A stretch of 64,000 nt of DNA from Octopus sinensis (Eukaryota): the NCBI RefSeq assembly GCF_006345805.1, contig NC_043001.1:99758001-99822000 (forward strand), in the 5' to 3' direction. The notes under the pieces were generated by a model. That model ran no database searches, was not told where the DNA came from, and saw only the letters and a list, made by a program, of their open reading frames with translations. The position numbers and the translations under genes were made by a program. Of this stretch, positions 39,015 through 52,379 are shown in pieces; within the stretch, counting starts at the first letter, position 1, and each line of letters opens with the position of its first letter.

Positions 39015-39800
39015 TAGCACCATCATCATCATTTAACACCTGCCTTTTATGCTGGCATGGGTTAGATGGATGGTTCCAGCCTGATTTGGCATGGTTTCTA
39101 TGGCTCGATGCCCTTCCTAACACAAACTACTCCATGCTACCAGTACGGATGGTAGCATGCTCTCAACTACGATTTCACGAGTGCCATGTACATGACACTG
39201 GCAATGTTTCTCTTGGCTTCATGAGTCTTCTCAAGTTCAGCTGACCATGAAAGGTTTCAGTCACTTGTCATTGCCCCCATGAGGCCTGACATTCGAGGAT
39301 CACACTACTGGCTATGGCCATGCCATGATTTCACGAGGCTAGGCAAGTCTTCTCAAGCAGAGCATATTGCCAAAGGCCTCAGACACTTGTCATCACCTCC
39401 TTGAGGCCCAACAATCAAAGATCATGCCACTGGCAATGATCTTGATTACGATTTCACAGGAGCCATTCACATGACACTGGCAACAGCCACAGCTATGACT
39501 TCACTTGGGTTGACGGGTCTTCTCAAGCACAGCATATTGCCAAAGGTCTCAGTCACTTATCATCATTTCCGTTAGGCCCAACATTCAAAGATCATCCTTC
39601 ACCACCTTGTCCCATGTCTTCCTGGGTTTATCTCCTTCACAGGTTCCCTCAACACTTAAGATTGGCACTTGTTTATGCAGCTCCCCTCGTCCATAAGCAC
39701 CACACGACCATACCAGTGCATTCGTCTCTCTTGCACACCACATCTGATGCCTTTTATGCTCAATTTTTCTCTAAAGACATTTACGCTCTGTCGTTTATAC
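39015..39800 (-). mobile_element. RTE LINE 3' end with triplicated ORF terminus
   Basis: Block GTCTTCTCAAG..CAGTCACTTGTCA..GAGGCC..CATTC..AGATC at ~39224, ~39345 and ~39516. Confidence 0.75.
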
Positions 39801-40284
39801 ACACTGACATTATACATCTAGCAAAATGTATGTATGTATATATGTATGTATATATATACATATGTATATGTGTGTATGTATATATATATATATATATATA
39901 CATATGTGTGTGTGTATGTATATATATATATATATATATATATACATACACACACACCTATTTTTCAGTTTGGATTTGGCTTGCAAGATTCTTTATGTGA
40001 GTTTGTGTGTTGGAGCATATTCTGTTGTGTCTGGGGAGAGTCATTTTCTTTTTGTGCCTTATGATGTAACACACTCACTGGTAAATAGTCAAAACTATGG
40101 AAAAGGTTGCAAGATGCAACAAAAATTTTAGGAAAATAAAAATGAGAAATAAGTGGAAATTTTACCAGTGAGTGTGATAAATTATAAGGCACAAAAAGAA
40201 AATGACTCTCCTCAGACACAACAGTATATATACTTATATATACATATGTATGTGTGTGTATATATATATTATATATATATATAT

Positions 40285-40480
40285 TTGCCATGATAGATCG
40301 TTAGCCACTACACACATTTTTTTCTCTCCTTGCTTTTTCTATGTCCCTTTCTGTAGAAGAGCGTAGGCTCGAAACGTAAAATACTTTTTCTATTCCTGAG
40401 CGTTATACTAATACATCTGTTTGTTTTGTACACCACCTGTCTTCATCTTTTGTTTTTTTCGTAAACTCTCCCTATATATA
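40285..40480 (+). mobile_element. Short Penelope-type element containing a minimal hammerhead motif
   Basis: CTGTAGA-A-GAGC(GTAG)GCTC-GAAACGTA at 40351-40378; flanked by (TA)n. Confidence 0.6.
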
Positions 40481-40488
40481 TATATGTA

Positions 40489-40542
<54 letters not shown>

Positions 40543-40559
40543 TAAGAAGCATCAGATGT

Positions 40560-41220
40560 GGCATACAAGAGAGACGTTTGTGCTGGTATGGTCATGTACT
40601 ATGGATGGATGAGGAGAGATGTGTGAAGTGCCACTCCTAAACAGTTGAAGGAATCTGGGGTAGAAGTAGACCCAGGAAGACATGGGATGAGGTGGGCCTC
40701 ACAGAGACAATGACGAAAGACTGAGACCTCAGGAGATATATGCTGTGACTGCGAAGACCTGGCAAATAAAGTGAGTTCACGGGTGTATCCTACACCAGTT
40801 TCACATAACTAGCACCAGCCCATTCAAAAGTACCTTGGATCGTAGGGTGACCTATTGTGCTTGAGGAGACCTATTGAGTCAAGTACATCAACATCAAAAT
40901 AAAAATCAAATGGAAATTGTAGTTGTGATACCCGTGCTGGTGGCATGTAGAAAGCACCAACTGAACGTGGCTGATGCCAGTGCCACCTTGACTGGCTTCC
41001 GTGCCGGTGGCACGTAAAATGCACCAACCAATCGTGGCCGATGGTACGTAAAAAGCACCACTACACTCGCGGAGTGTTTGGCATTAGGAAGGGCATCCAG
41101 CTGTAGAAACACTGCCAGATCAGACTGGAGTCTAGAGCAGCCTCCTGGCTTCCCAGACCCCAGTTGAACCGTCTAACCCATGCCAGCATGGAAAACAGAC
41201 GTTAAACGATGATGATGATG
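40560..41220 (+). mobile_element. RTE LINE ORF end, full 3' UTR (CAAAAT repeats, VNTR) and (GAT)n tail
   Basis: ERRLCWYGHVLWMDEE..GRSRPRKTWDEV, then the UTR through GGAAGGGCATCCAGCTGTAGAAAC to GATGATGATG. Confidence 0.85.
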
Positions 41221-41263
41221 ATATTATTATATATACATATGTGTGTATATATATACATATGTA

Positions 41264-41312
<49 letters not shown>

Positions 41313-41889
41313 GTATACATATGTGTGTGTATATATATATATACATACAGGGCAACTGCATAAAGGAGTGTCAATCACTAACTATTGAGGTAACCTTTGG
41401 AAGAGGTAGACCTGAGAAGACATGGGTCGAGATGGGGATGTGTGATCTTTGGCCATTGAATCTCATGGGGGCAATAGCAAGTGTCCAAGACTTTTGGCGA
41501 TTTACTGCCTTGAGAACACATGTCAAGCTAAGTGGTAGTTATGGTCAGTGTCACCTAAAATGCACCCAGCACTCTCTGTGGAGTAGTTGGTGTTAGGAAG
41601 AGCATCCAACCATAGAAACCCAAGAAAAACAGACTGGAGCCCAGTGTTGCTCTATGGCTTACCAGTCCCAGTCAAACTGTCTTACCGATGCCAGCACAGA
41701 AAACAGATGCTAAATGATAATGAGGATAAACTATAGACACCCATGAAATGTGGTGGAATTGTAGGTATGCTAACAGAGAAGGTAATTCCATATGTGGTAA
41801 TGTGAACTATGAGCACACTGGGAAGATTATCTTAGATGCTTGGATGGCTCACTAGAATTAATCACTGCATTCTGCTACCTAGGAGACAT

Positions 41890-42345
41890 AATTAAGTGGT
41901 TGCTCTGAAGGTATTGCAATGACAGTAAGATCAGGTAAGAAAACATTGAAGGAGCTATTGCCATCGTTGGCAACACCTCTCTCCCCACTTAGAGTGAAGG
42001 TCAGGTGAACTGAGGTTTGTGCTAGAGCTACAATGTTGCTTGTGAGTGAGACTTGGGCTTTGAATGCAGAAGATGAGCAGAGAGAAAGAAATGGATCTAG
42101 TCTGCTCTGATTGATGTATAATGTTGATGCGTACAAGAGAGGAGGGTGTGCTGGTGGAGGCATATGCTGTATATGGAGACTAACTGCTGCATACAAGAGT
42201 GTCGAACATCACCAACTAAACAGAAACTCTGGAGGAGTAAAATTGAAGAAAATATGACATGAATTGGTGAAGCTGACCTGAAGATGCTGCATCTCATGAT
42301 AAATGATCATTGATGATATGCATTGCTATGGAAAACCCATCCACC
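41890..42345 (+). mobile_element. Degraded RTE C-terminal fragment
   Basis: CSEGIAMTVRSGKKTLKELLPSL..SETWAL. Confidence 0.55.
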
Positions 42346-43329
42346 CATGGCTATATGTACATTGAGAACTAGGTAGTTATGCGTGTGTGTGTATACTCCC
42401 TGTGAAGCCCAACTTAACCCTACTCATTTGACATCCCCTCTTACTTGCTAATCCTTAAACTCACCCTCAATCCATGACTCACATAACTTCATCACTCCCA
42501 GCCTCCTCATCTCACCTATTACACTCATTCTTTTGTACTCTTAACTACCACATTCTCTCTCAGGCGAACTCTATTGCCATAAAAACATTTTCACTTGCTT
42601 CTCTCTCAGGACCCAACATTACAAATCTATCCTATCTTTTAGCATTTTTCTCTTACTGCACTCACCTCATTTCTCTTGTACATACATCTTTTTACTTACA
42701 CATCCATTAGAACATGTTAGCTCCTTTCTTTCTATTTTTTGCAAGTCTCCTGCATTTAAGGCCCATATCTTGCTATCATGTAACATAGCAGTACTAACAC
42801 AAGTCAAACAGTTTGTCCTTCATTTTGATGGAAAAGACATTTGCCTGGCTACTATGCTTTTAAGATGATCATCTTCCCTGCTAATTAATTATGTCTTCTA
42901 AATATGCACTTTAATTCTGCCTTTAATACTAAAATAGTTCTTCACACTTGATTTAGAATTTTAAGTTTCTGTATAATATTACAGATTGTGCAGAGTATTT
43001 CTTGGATGAGCATAGACAATTTTAATCGCAGGCAACACGAATGTAGTGGATCCTTGTTAATCTTGAAGTGTTACAGAAAAAAAAACAACATTTCCACGAC
43101 AGTTTGTGAATAGCACAAGTGTTAAGTGAAAATATGAATTTAAAACATTCAAAAGGAAATCCATCAAATGAACCAAGAAGTAGCAATACTAAATTCTTGA
43201 CTAAGAGTTAGTACATGAATAGCTAGTACATTAGTGGTAGTCATTACAGAAATAACTGGTAAATAAATAATAAACACTATCAATAACTGCTCAAATACTG
43301 AAAGACTAGCTTAAGGTGACCCGCTCTAC

Positions 43330-43535
43330 GTGCGAGTAAGAGTGTGGTTGTTACTTTCTGTTGCTTCCTTTCGGCATGTAAAAAGCACCATCCGAACGTG
43401 ACCGATGGCAGCGCCGCCTTGACTGGCTTCTGTGCCGATGGCATGTAAAAAGCACCAACCGATCGTGGCCGCTGCCAGCACCCCCCCTGGCACCTGTGCC
43501 GGTGGTACGAAAAAAGCACCCACGACACTCACGGA
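43330..43535 (+). repeat. Isolated RTE-UTR VNTR (~3 units)
   Basis: GTAAAAAGCACC..CGTG.CCG..GGCA units identical in type to 40950-41065 and 63250-63375. Confidence 0.75.
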
Positions 43536-44851
43536 TGCCTTTAACCCGTTCTCAATGCCAAAACCAGACAAACAAACAAACTTTTCGCATTTGAGAAATA
43601 TAATATAGAGATTATTTCATATTTTATGTATTATTGGATTGAATAAATATTTGCACTCTGCTAAAAATGGATTTGCTCTGAATGTTTTCTGTAGTACAAA
43701 GTAAATTTAATTTCGAGGATCATTGACATTAATTTTCTAAGTAATAGGTTTCTAGAAATGTCTTGTCAAATCTAAATCTGCAGACTGAATATGTTAATTT
43801 ATTATTGTAATCTTCTTCACCTGACTGACTTCATATCCACTTGTGCTATGACTATTTAACCGTTATCATTCTAAAACAGATGATTAAAAGGCTAATGGAT
43901 TATTACCAATGATTATTACGACTGATTTTTAAAAAATCCTGTCATTTTCCCCCACTAATTTCCATGTGATAACCAAGGCTAGAAATCACTAAACAGGTAG
44001 CTCTCAGCATTCTGATTTTCACACTGCCTTTTTTATTAAGTTCTGGTTGTTAATATATAACCAACTGATGCCTAGTTTAACAAGATCTTTTTTTTGTTTT
44101 ATCTATTTCTGATTTTATTGAAATTTTCCACATTAATGTAATTTTTCATACAATTTATAAAAATCACCATTATTTTCAAGGAATTAATAAAAAAAAATTG
44201 TGAACCTTTAAAGATTGAATTTGTTATAATTCAAGTGAATCAAATCCACCCCTTCTTGGAATGCTGTCATGAACTTATGTAAGACACTAGTTTTGTTCTT
44301 GTTTTGGTTTTAATTTTTGAAACATTTTCTAAAATAATTAATTATAAAACTGTTACAAACCTTGTAAAGTTGAGGAATATTTTAATGAAAGAAAATGAAA
44401 CCAAACAAATTAAACTTTACAAAGATATCATTTTGTGATGCAGGTACACACAAGACTGTGTGGTTAAGAAGTTTGCTTCTGAATGACATGGTTTTAGGTT
44501 CAGTCTCACTGTGCAGCACCTTGGAGAAATATCTTTTACTGTAACCCCAGGACTGATCAAAGCTTTGCAGTGGATTTGAAACATGGAAAGTGAAAAAGGT
44601 TTGTGTAAATGTATGAAACTTTCTGCTCTTTAGTCACTCTGTAACTTCTGCTGACTAATAATACAGGCTTGTGTGTCTGTGTGTATCTCGTAGTCTTAAT
44701 GTCATGTGGTGGCTGTGAATGAGCATCACTAACATATAAGCAGTGTCATTAATTTTCAATCATCACTTATAGGTCTGACCAAGGGAAAACATTACCTTGT
44801 GAGAGTGGGTGAAAGGAAAGGCATTTGACAATAAAATGGTGATGAGAATGA

Positions 44852-44970
44852 CTAAACCCAATCCTAAACCCACACCCTAAACACTCTAAAACCTCACCCT
44901 AAATCCTCTAAGCCCTAAACCTATCCTTGAATCCTGATCTCTAAAACCTAATCCAACTCTGACCCCCAAA
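44852..44970 (+). repeat. Degenerate CCCTAA(A)-like repeat
   Basis: CCTAAACCC, CCCTAAAC, CTCTAAAAC, CCCTAAAT, CCCTAAAC recur within ~120 bp. Confidence 0.55.
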
Positions 44971-45469
44971 TGGTTTTAATTGGTTACTATGGGAACATAT
45001 ACAAATAACATCATTTGTTGAATGGGATGTTCAGAAATGTGGCTAAAATTACTAATGATTTCAATCTTTAAAAAATTTTTATTATTAATTCTCCCCTACA
45101 AAAATGGTTCTGAAATACTAAATTGTATTGAAATTTGCAATAAAATTGGAATAATTAGTTGAAACCAAAATAATTAATTTAATGTATTAGAATGTTACCA
45201 TGTGTTCATAAGCACTACTTTGCATTAAACACTGAATATCTTTATCATAAACATTTGACTTTGGTGGCATTTGTCTTGATTTTTATATCATTGAAAGGAA
45301 ATCTGATGAATTTACGACAAAAAAATGATTAATCATATATACTGATTATAAGTCACATGAAAAGAAAATAACGATAAAGAAATCCAAGTTCAAATTACAC
45401 TCTAGAAGGCAATCGTCATCATTATCATCATCAACATCACCAAATATATGTGTGTGATAGGAAATCAAA

Positions 45470-45600
45470 TGTCATGGCTGGTCAGAGAGTGACCATTGGT
45501 TTCACACCTATAATGTGCTTGACCAAATAGGTGACTCATCATACAGCTACATGTTTTATAGGTGCAAAACCAATGGTCACTCTCTGACTGGGCATAATGT
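45470..45600. mobile_element. Miniature member of the hammerhead inverted-repeat family
   Basis: Arms GTCAGAGAGTGACCATTGGTTTCACACCTATAA (45481-45513) and TTATAGGTGCAAAACCAATGGTCACTCTCTGAC (45556-45588), homologous to the 34454-34927 arms. Confidence 0.75.
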
Positions 45601-45659
45601 TCAACTTCGCAAAAAATTATATTACAACTTTAATGTTTTAGAGTGTGCTTATTTTTACA

Positions 45660-46390
45660 TTCTTGGAGTGGTTGGCATTAGGAAGGGCATCCAGTTGTAG
45701 AAAACATGCTAAATCAGACTGGAACTTGGTGCAGCTCTCCGGCTTACTAGTTACAGTCAAACCATCTAACCTGTGTCAGCGTGGAAAGTGGACGTTAAAT
45801 GATGCTGATGAGGAAGATGATATACATATCATCATCATAATCATCAGATCATTTAGTGTCTGTTTTCCATGCTGATATGGGTTAGACAACTTGATTGGAA
45901 CTGGTAAGCCAGAGAGCTGTACCAGGCTCTAGTCTGATTTTGGCTCAGGTTTCCATGGCTGGATGCCCTTCCTAATGCCAATCACTCCCTGAGTGTAGTG
46001 GGTGCCTTTTACATGTTACCAGTACAGGTGCCTTTTATTTGTCACCAGCACAGGTGCTGTTTACATGTTACCAGCATGAGTCACTCAGAATGACCACAAT
46101 TATGGTTCCACTTGGCTTGATGAGTATTCTCAAGCAAGCAAATCATCAAAGGTCTCAATCACTTGTCATTGTCTTTGTGAGACCCAATATTCAAAGATTA
46201 TGCTGCAGTACCTTGTCCCAGGTCTTCCTGGGTCTACCTCTTCCATAGGTTCCTTCCACAGTTAAATATTGGCACATTTTACACAGCTGTCCTCATCCAT
46301 AGGCATCACATGACCATCAGCACAGTCTTCTCTCCTGCACATCACATCTGATGTCTCTTATACCCAATCTTTCTCTGACATTGTACATTT
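45660..46390. mobile_element. Tail-to-tail pair of RTE 3' ends
   Basis: Plus copy 45660-45820 ends in GAT-type repeats; minus copy 45830-46390 starts with CAT repeats and extends into the ORF end. Confidence 0.75.
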
Positions 46391-46952
46391 TATGAAAATA
46401 CAAACTGAAATTGTTATTTTGGCTGAACAGGAAGGGAAGTGTAGTGTTAGTTACATAGATATATATTTTTATGGTCTGTTATAAGCATGTTATATGGCAT
46501 GGATATACAACATGCTTAATTACGATGCATGCTAAAACTATGCCTGGCTTCATGCTCTTGCCTGGACTCATTCCAAGTTACTGGTCCCAGAGGTTATTAT
46601 CATGCATAGCGCCAACCAGGTTCACCAGTGCTTTTCAGTGCTGGCAGTCCTGTGCCAGCCCCTTTGCATCTTCCAAAGTGATGTCAAAAAATGCTATGTC
46701 AGTATGAACATAAAATAGGAAAAATGATTAATCTTGGAATGCATATATTATGAGAATAGACCATATAGGACAGATGAAAAGGATCAACCAAATATAGAGA
46801 GGAAGTAACACACAACCCTATCACACCATCTTGAAGATGAGACTGTGAAACAAAATTCAAGGAATTTATATGAAAATATGAAGAAGAAAAGAGCTTGATA
46901 AACGGATAAAACTAGAAAAATTTCCACACCATGTGTGCACATGAACACAAAT

Positions 46953-47027
<75 letters not shown>

Positions 47028-49608
47028 TTACAAACAACAGAGGGAAGGTGAGAGCTAGCTGTGGCTATAAACAGTCATCACCAATCTTGGTTGAGTATCA
47101 AATTGTTCTCAGTAAAACATTTTGACTTCATTGATTTTAACAGTTTTTGTAAATGATACTTTTCTACTTCTCTCTTTCTCTCTCCTTGAACTTCTAAATA
47201 CACAAACTACAATACTATACAACTGAGTCTGTACATAGTTTTTAAATCACAACTTTCTTACTAGTTCTCTTTCTCTCTCTCTTCTCTTTACACTGGTCTT
47301 TATATCATTCTGCTAATATTTTTTTTCTCTCTGGACCTCTCAAGGCTGACAAACTATTTTCACTTCTCAATGTGATACTAGTAAAGAAAAATTCATGAAC
47401 ATCAAAGTGATGTTTCAATATTTTAACCGTTACATGTGTTTGTGTTTGTGTATAATATATGGCTTAATGGTTAAGGTGTTGCACTCACACTCATATGATT
47501 GTGGTTTCAATTCCTAGACAGAGCAGTGAGCTGTATTCTTGAGAAAAACAATTCATGCCATTTTGTTTTTCGATTATTTCAACACCTGATGCATGGTACA
47601 CTGTGCACCTGTTCAGGTGTGGTAGATTCAATTGAGAGAGTGAGCTAATGTATAACACATACATTTGATCACTATAAACAAATAATTTATGTAGGTCATT
47701 TGGTTAAAACTGAACACTCATATGCTATCTTTAACAGGAGAGTCCATCATACATATATATAATTAGTGTCTGTAAGACATGTAAAACACCTATACATAAA
47801 TTCATCTATGCAAATATTCTTATTCAGTTATATCAGAATCCAGCCAATATTCTATTTTCGTCATTATTTTCTAATATCAGGGTCTTACATGTTAAAATGC
47901 TTTATAGTGATTAAAAAATAACATCCTCAGGATAACTACAAAAAGGATTCTGGCAGAATATTGCAGTATAAAGAAACTAAAGGATCTAATGACAGATAAA
48001 ACGCCTAGAATTTATAAAGTGAAAAGAAACTTCCCCAAGTAGATCAAACTCTCAACAATGATATTGTAAAGAATGTCAGTGAACTGTCAGGTCTGTCAAA
48101 TCCATAGCTGTTCTCATTCTATGATTGTTTTAAAACAGTTCAATTGCTTGCAAACCTTGCACTCTGAACTTCCTAATCTCTTTGATTCGTGCAATTCTGT
48201 TAAGAGCAGTTGCATCCTAATTCATTTATATTATATCTCATTTATGTTTCTCTGATGATATTTTTCTAAAATGTTAAAATGTAGATTTGTAAAAAGAAAA
48301 ACAGATATTATTTCAGAAAGGATAGCGGTATAAGATGTTAGTATTAAAAGAAAAGATTGAAAGGAAATAGTTGAAGTTATAAAACAAATTAGATATTTAT
48401 TCGTAATTATTGAGGAGAATTAATTCATTTAAAAATATAATTTTTATTGAGAAAGACGAAACTTGAAATAGAATTATGATATGAAACTACCAAACTGATT
48501 CAGAACACACTCTTTCACTGTCACAATAAACATAAGAGTTCTTTGTTATTGATATGAAATCCTTTCTAAAGATGGTTACTGAATTTATATTTTGTGACTC
48601 CACTTTAATTACTTATCCCAATTGCAAATTTATTCCAGTGGTTTTGAATGGGCGGAAGATGACGATAACCTTAACTGAAGTGTAAACTTGTCTACTTTAA
48701 TTATCACCTGTAGCATTCATTTGAGAGTTAAAGATATGGATTAACTCATATTTTAATTGCTGTAGTATGAAAAAAATAAATATGGAATAATGATAAGTGG
48801 ATACTGGAATCCTAATCTTTTTCTTCACTGAAATTACATTAACAATGCATATGCACACATGTGCATGCATGCATACACACACACACACATACACAGACAT
48901 ACATACCAGTAAAGAAGCAAAAATCTCAATACACATAAGGCCTAAAAGTCAGATTATAAAGTTAAACACTACAGCCTTCACAAACACAATGAGAAGTCAG
49001 TGCCTGTGGAGGTAACGTTGCAAGAATGGTAAGAATTGTTGTAATATTTTGCATGGTAAAGGCAGTGAGCTGGCAGAAACATTAGAATGTCGGGCGAAAT
49101 GCTTGGTGGTATTTCGTCTGTCTTTACATTCGGAGTTCAAATTCCACTGAGGTCGACTTTGCCTTTCATCTAATTGACTGCCCCCACAACCGCCACCTCC
49201 CCCAAAATTTCAGGCCTTGTGCCTAGAGTAGAAAAGAATATTTTGCATATTAAAAATGAAGCTGGTCAATTTGAAAATCTGAATAACAGGTGAAGGCTTG
49301 ATGTGATGACTAGTGTAAGGTTTATATCTTTCTAATTTTGTTGATGTTTATTATAATTTATAATATAACTTTAATTTATTTATGAGGTGACAATTTTATT
49401 AAACATCAGGAATTTTAAGATAAATCCTACACAGAGAACTTTAAAAACATGCAGAAAGGCATATTGCCAATAGTCTGCTTTCATATTTGGCTTTACTTTC
49501 AGATGAATTTGTTATACACTTCATTCATTCTCTGGAGTGATGACTATACGGAAGCAAAAAAGAGTCAGAAGCCAAAGATTGAGTCAAAATGGTAATATAC
49601 ATACATAT

Positions 49609-49669
<61 letters not shown>

Positions 49670-52029
49670 CATATATATATATATAGTCATTGCATTCAAA
49701 GCAATGAATAGTTGTATTCAAAGCAATGATTAGTAACTTACGAAACTGGTATGCTTGAATCTCTTTAATAATTTCACAATAATGACTTTTATTACTTTTA
49801 TTCCTACCTCAGTTCATCTAATTGTATATATCTTTTGTTACTTTGCATAAAAAGCCTTTACTTTTTTTGATTTACATTGTGCATTTTCGTTTATTTTTTT
49901 CTTACTTTCTCCACGTGTAGTTTCTATTTTCTTTTTGTAACATATTTCTATTATTGTCTTACCATTTTTATCAATATATATATATATATATATATCGACA
50001 TTATTGTTTAATGTCCACTTTGAATGCTGGCATGGGTTGGATGGTTTAACTGAGGACTGGCAAGCCAGGAGGCTGCACCAGGCTCCAATCTGATCTGGCA
50101 AGATTTCTACAGCTGGATGCCCTTCCTAACACCAACCACTCTACTTCCACACATACCAGCTTAATTTAATTCATCCTTAGTTGAAAGACACCTATTGTTA
50201 TGTCCTGTTGTTTGTATTTGTGTAACTTTCTCCATTTTTTCCGTCCTTGTTTTTGGATACATTCGCTGCTTTCTTCTAAGGAATCTAATGCTCTTAGCTT
50301 AGTTCTTCCTTGGGGCTGGCCAGATTGGAGCAATCTCGAGTATAACCAGCCAAAATTGCAAAGATAATCTGGAACTCAACTGAGGATACAAAACTCTGAA
50401 TGACCCATCCTTGTTTTCTTTGTATTGTCTATCTGGATGTTTTGTTGTCCCTTTCTTGTATCACCTAACTGTCTGGATGTTTTGCGTTTTTGTTCCATTC
50501 TGTATTTATACATATATATATATTTATTTATAAACAAGCATCACCATCATATAAGTGACGTAGTTCATTTCCAGTTTCCAGTGGAATACATGTCTAGCCA
50601 CCAGAAGTATTACTTTGCTTGGAAAGAGGTGGGAATTGGTGACAGGGAGAGCATCTGACTGTAGAAAATCTGCCTCAACAAAATCTGCCTGATTCATGGA
50701 AAAGTGGGAGTATGATGATGATGATGATACACATACAAATACAGATATTTATACTTGTGTGTATGTGTTTGAGTGTTTTATAAACATAGTAACTTAGCAG
50801 ATTCCTAGCTGTTACTCAGCAAGGGAAAATAGTTAACTTTGTTGATGTTTGAACAAAGCAATTAAGCTGTTTGCCTGAAAGATGTTTCATCTGAACATAA
50901 AACATGAGTTGCTGTAAAGAATCCAATCGGTTACTATATGAAAAAAATATTATAACTCTCAGATAAATTTTATGTCTTTAATTGCTGATTCTTAACAATA
51001 GATTAACAGTTTATAGATGTGTGTGCATATCAATGTATACAGTATTATAGATCCATTGCAGCCCATCTTACTGACTGGTTTTACACTGGGTATTAGATAT
51101 TAGATAACAGCATGGTTAAGTAATACCACATGAGAAACAATTTCAATTGACTAATATAGAACCACACACACACATTGCTGTGGCAACCACTGTGAAATGT
51201 AATATTTGTCCCTCTCATGATCACTTCTAGGGTGATTTCAGTTTGCCACTCTCTGAAGTATATTGTATTTTTAACCCTATATCTTTAAACTGCTGCAGCT
51301 TCAGGTGTTTAAACATCACACAGTATTAACGATATATATATCGAACTGATTAGGTTACTGTTCCCAACAATCCTATTATCGTTATAATCATTATCAACAT
51401 TTCATGGCTATGTTCTATGCTGAAATAGGTTGGATAGTTTGACAGAATCCAACAATCCAGAGGGCTGTGTTGAGCTCCTGTGTCTACTTTGGTATGGTTT
51501 CTACAGCTTGATGCATTTCCTGATGCTAACCAGAGTGTGCTGGGTGCCTTTTTTGTAGTTAGATCAACAGGTAACTTGTAAGATAAGACCCATTAACTAT
51601 GCAGGGGTACGGTATTAGGGTAGATGGCTTCTTACCAGGTGTTGAGAGGCTAAAGTTTTATAGACAAACAGGAACAGGTATCTTGCTGTAGAAGAGACAC
51701 ATGGCTCTCTCAGTAACAAAGGGAGAAAGGATGGTGGAAATGAGAGGTGAAGCAATGCCCTCACGATACAAGAAAATGGATGAAGAGAGAATAAAAATAA
51801 AGAACCAAAAATAGTTGAACAGGTAGATTTACAGGTGTGTGAAAGGTGGGTGAGAGAAGGTAGAGATGAGGATAGAGATGGATGCAGTGATGGATGATGA
51901 TGGATGGATGGAGGCATGGTCTATGGTGAATCTCACTTTGGGCAAAAGAAAAGCAAGTAGAAGTCAGGCAAAAGGAGGTGAAAGGTGACAATAGAGAAAT
52001 AGTGAAGAGAAGATGGTGAGCGACAGTGT

Positions 52030-52153
52030 AATGAGAGTGTTGATAGATTAGAAACAAGGAGACACTGTGAATGAAGGAAGAGAGAGTGGAATGAGAGTGT
52101 TGATAGATTAGAAACAAGGAGACACTGTGAATGAAGGAGGAGAGAGTGGAATG
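52030..52153 (+). repeat. 60-bp tandem duplication in a purine-rich tract
   Basis: AATGAGAGTGTTGATAGATTAGAAACAAGGAGACACTGTGAATGAAGGA.GAGAGAGTGG repeated at an exact 60-bp period. Confidence 0.9.
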
Positions 52154-52379
52154 CGCAGTGACAGAGATGGAGATCGGAGGTATATAGAGGGTGAATATAG
52201 GGAATGAACAAAGGTGGGGAGGGCGTCAGTGGCTGATGTTAAAGCAGGTGATGAGATGGTACCACAGTCAGAAGAATGAAAAGGGATGGCTATTATGAAG
52301 ATAAACTTTGAGCAAAGCTTGACTGGTGCAGATTGGTTGAGAGGGCATAGATATTAATAATCATCTTGGTCTATTGACA

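Noticed and set aside
39614-40291. 100-128 aa ORFs rich in YI/VC/HT repeats (also 1622-1978, 14004-14309, 38134-38694, 41132-41596, 61347-61625, 63382-63888)
   Set aside because: These are translations of microsatellites.
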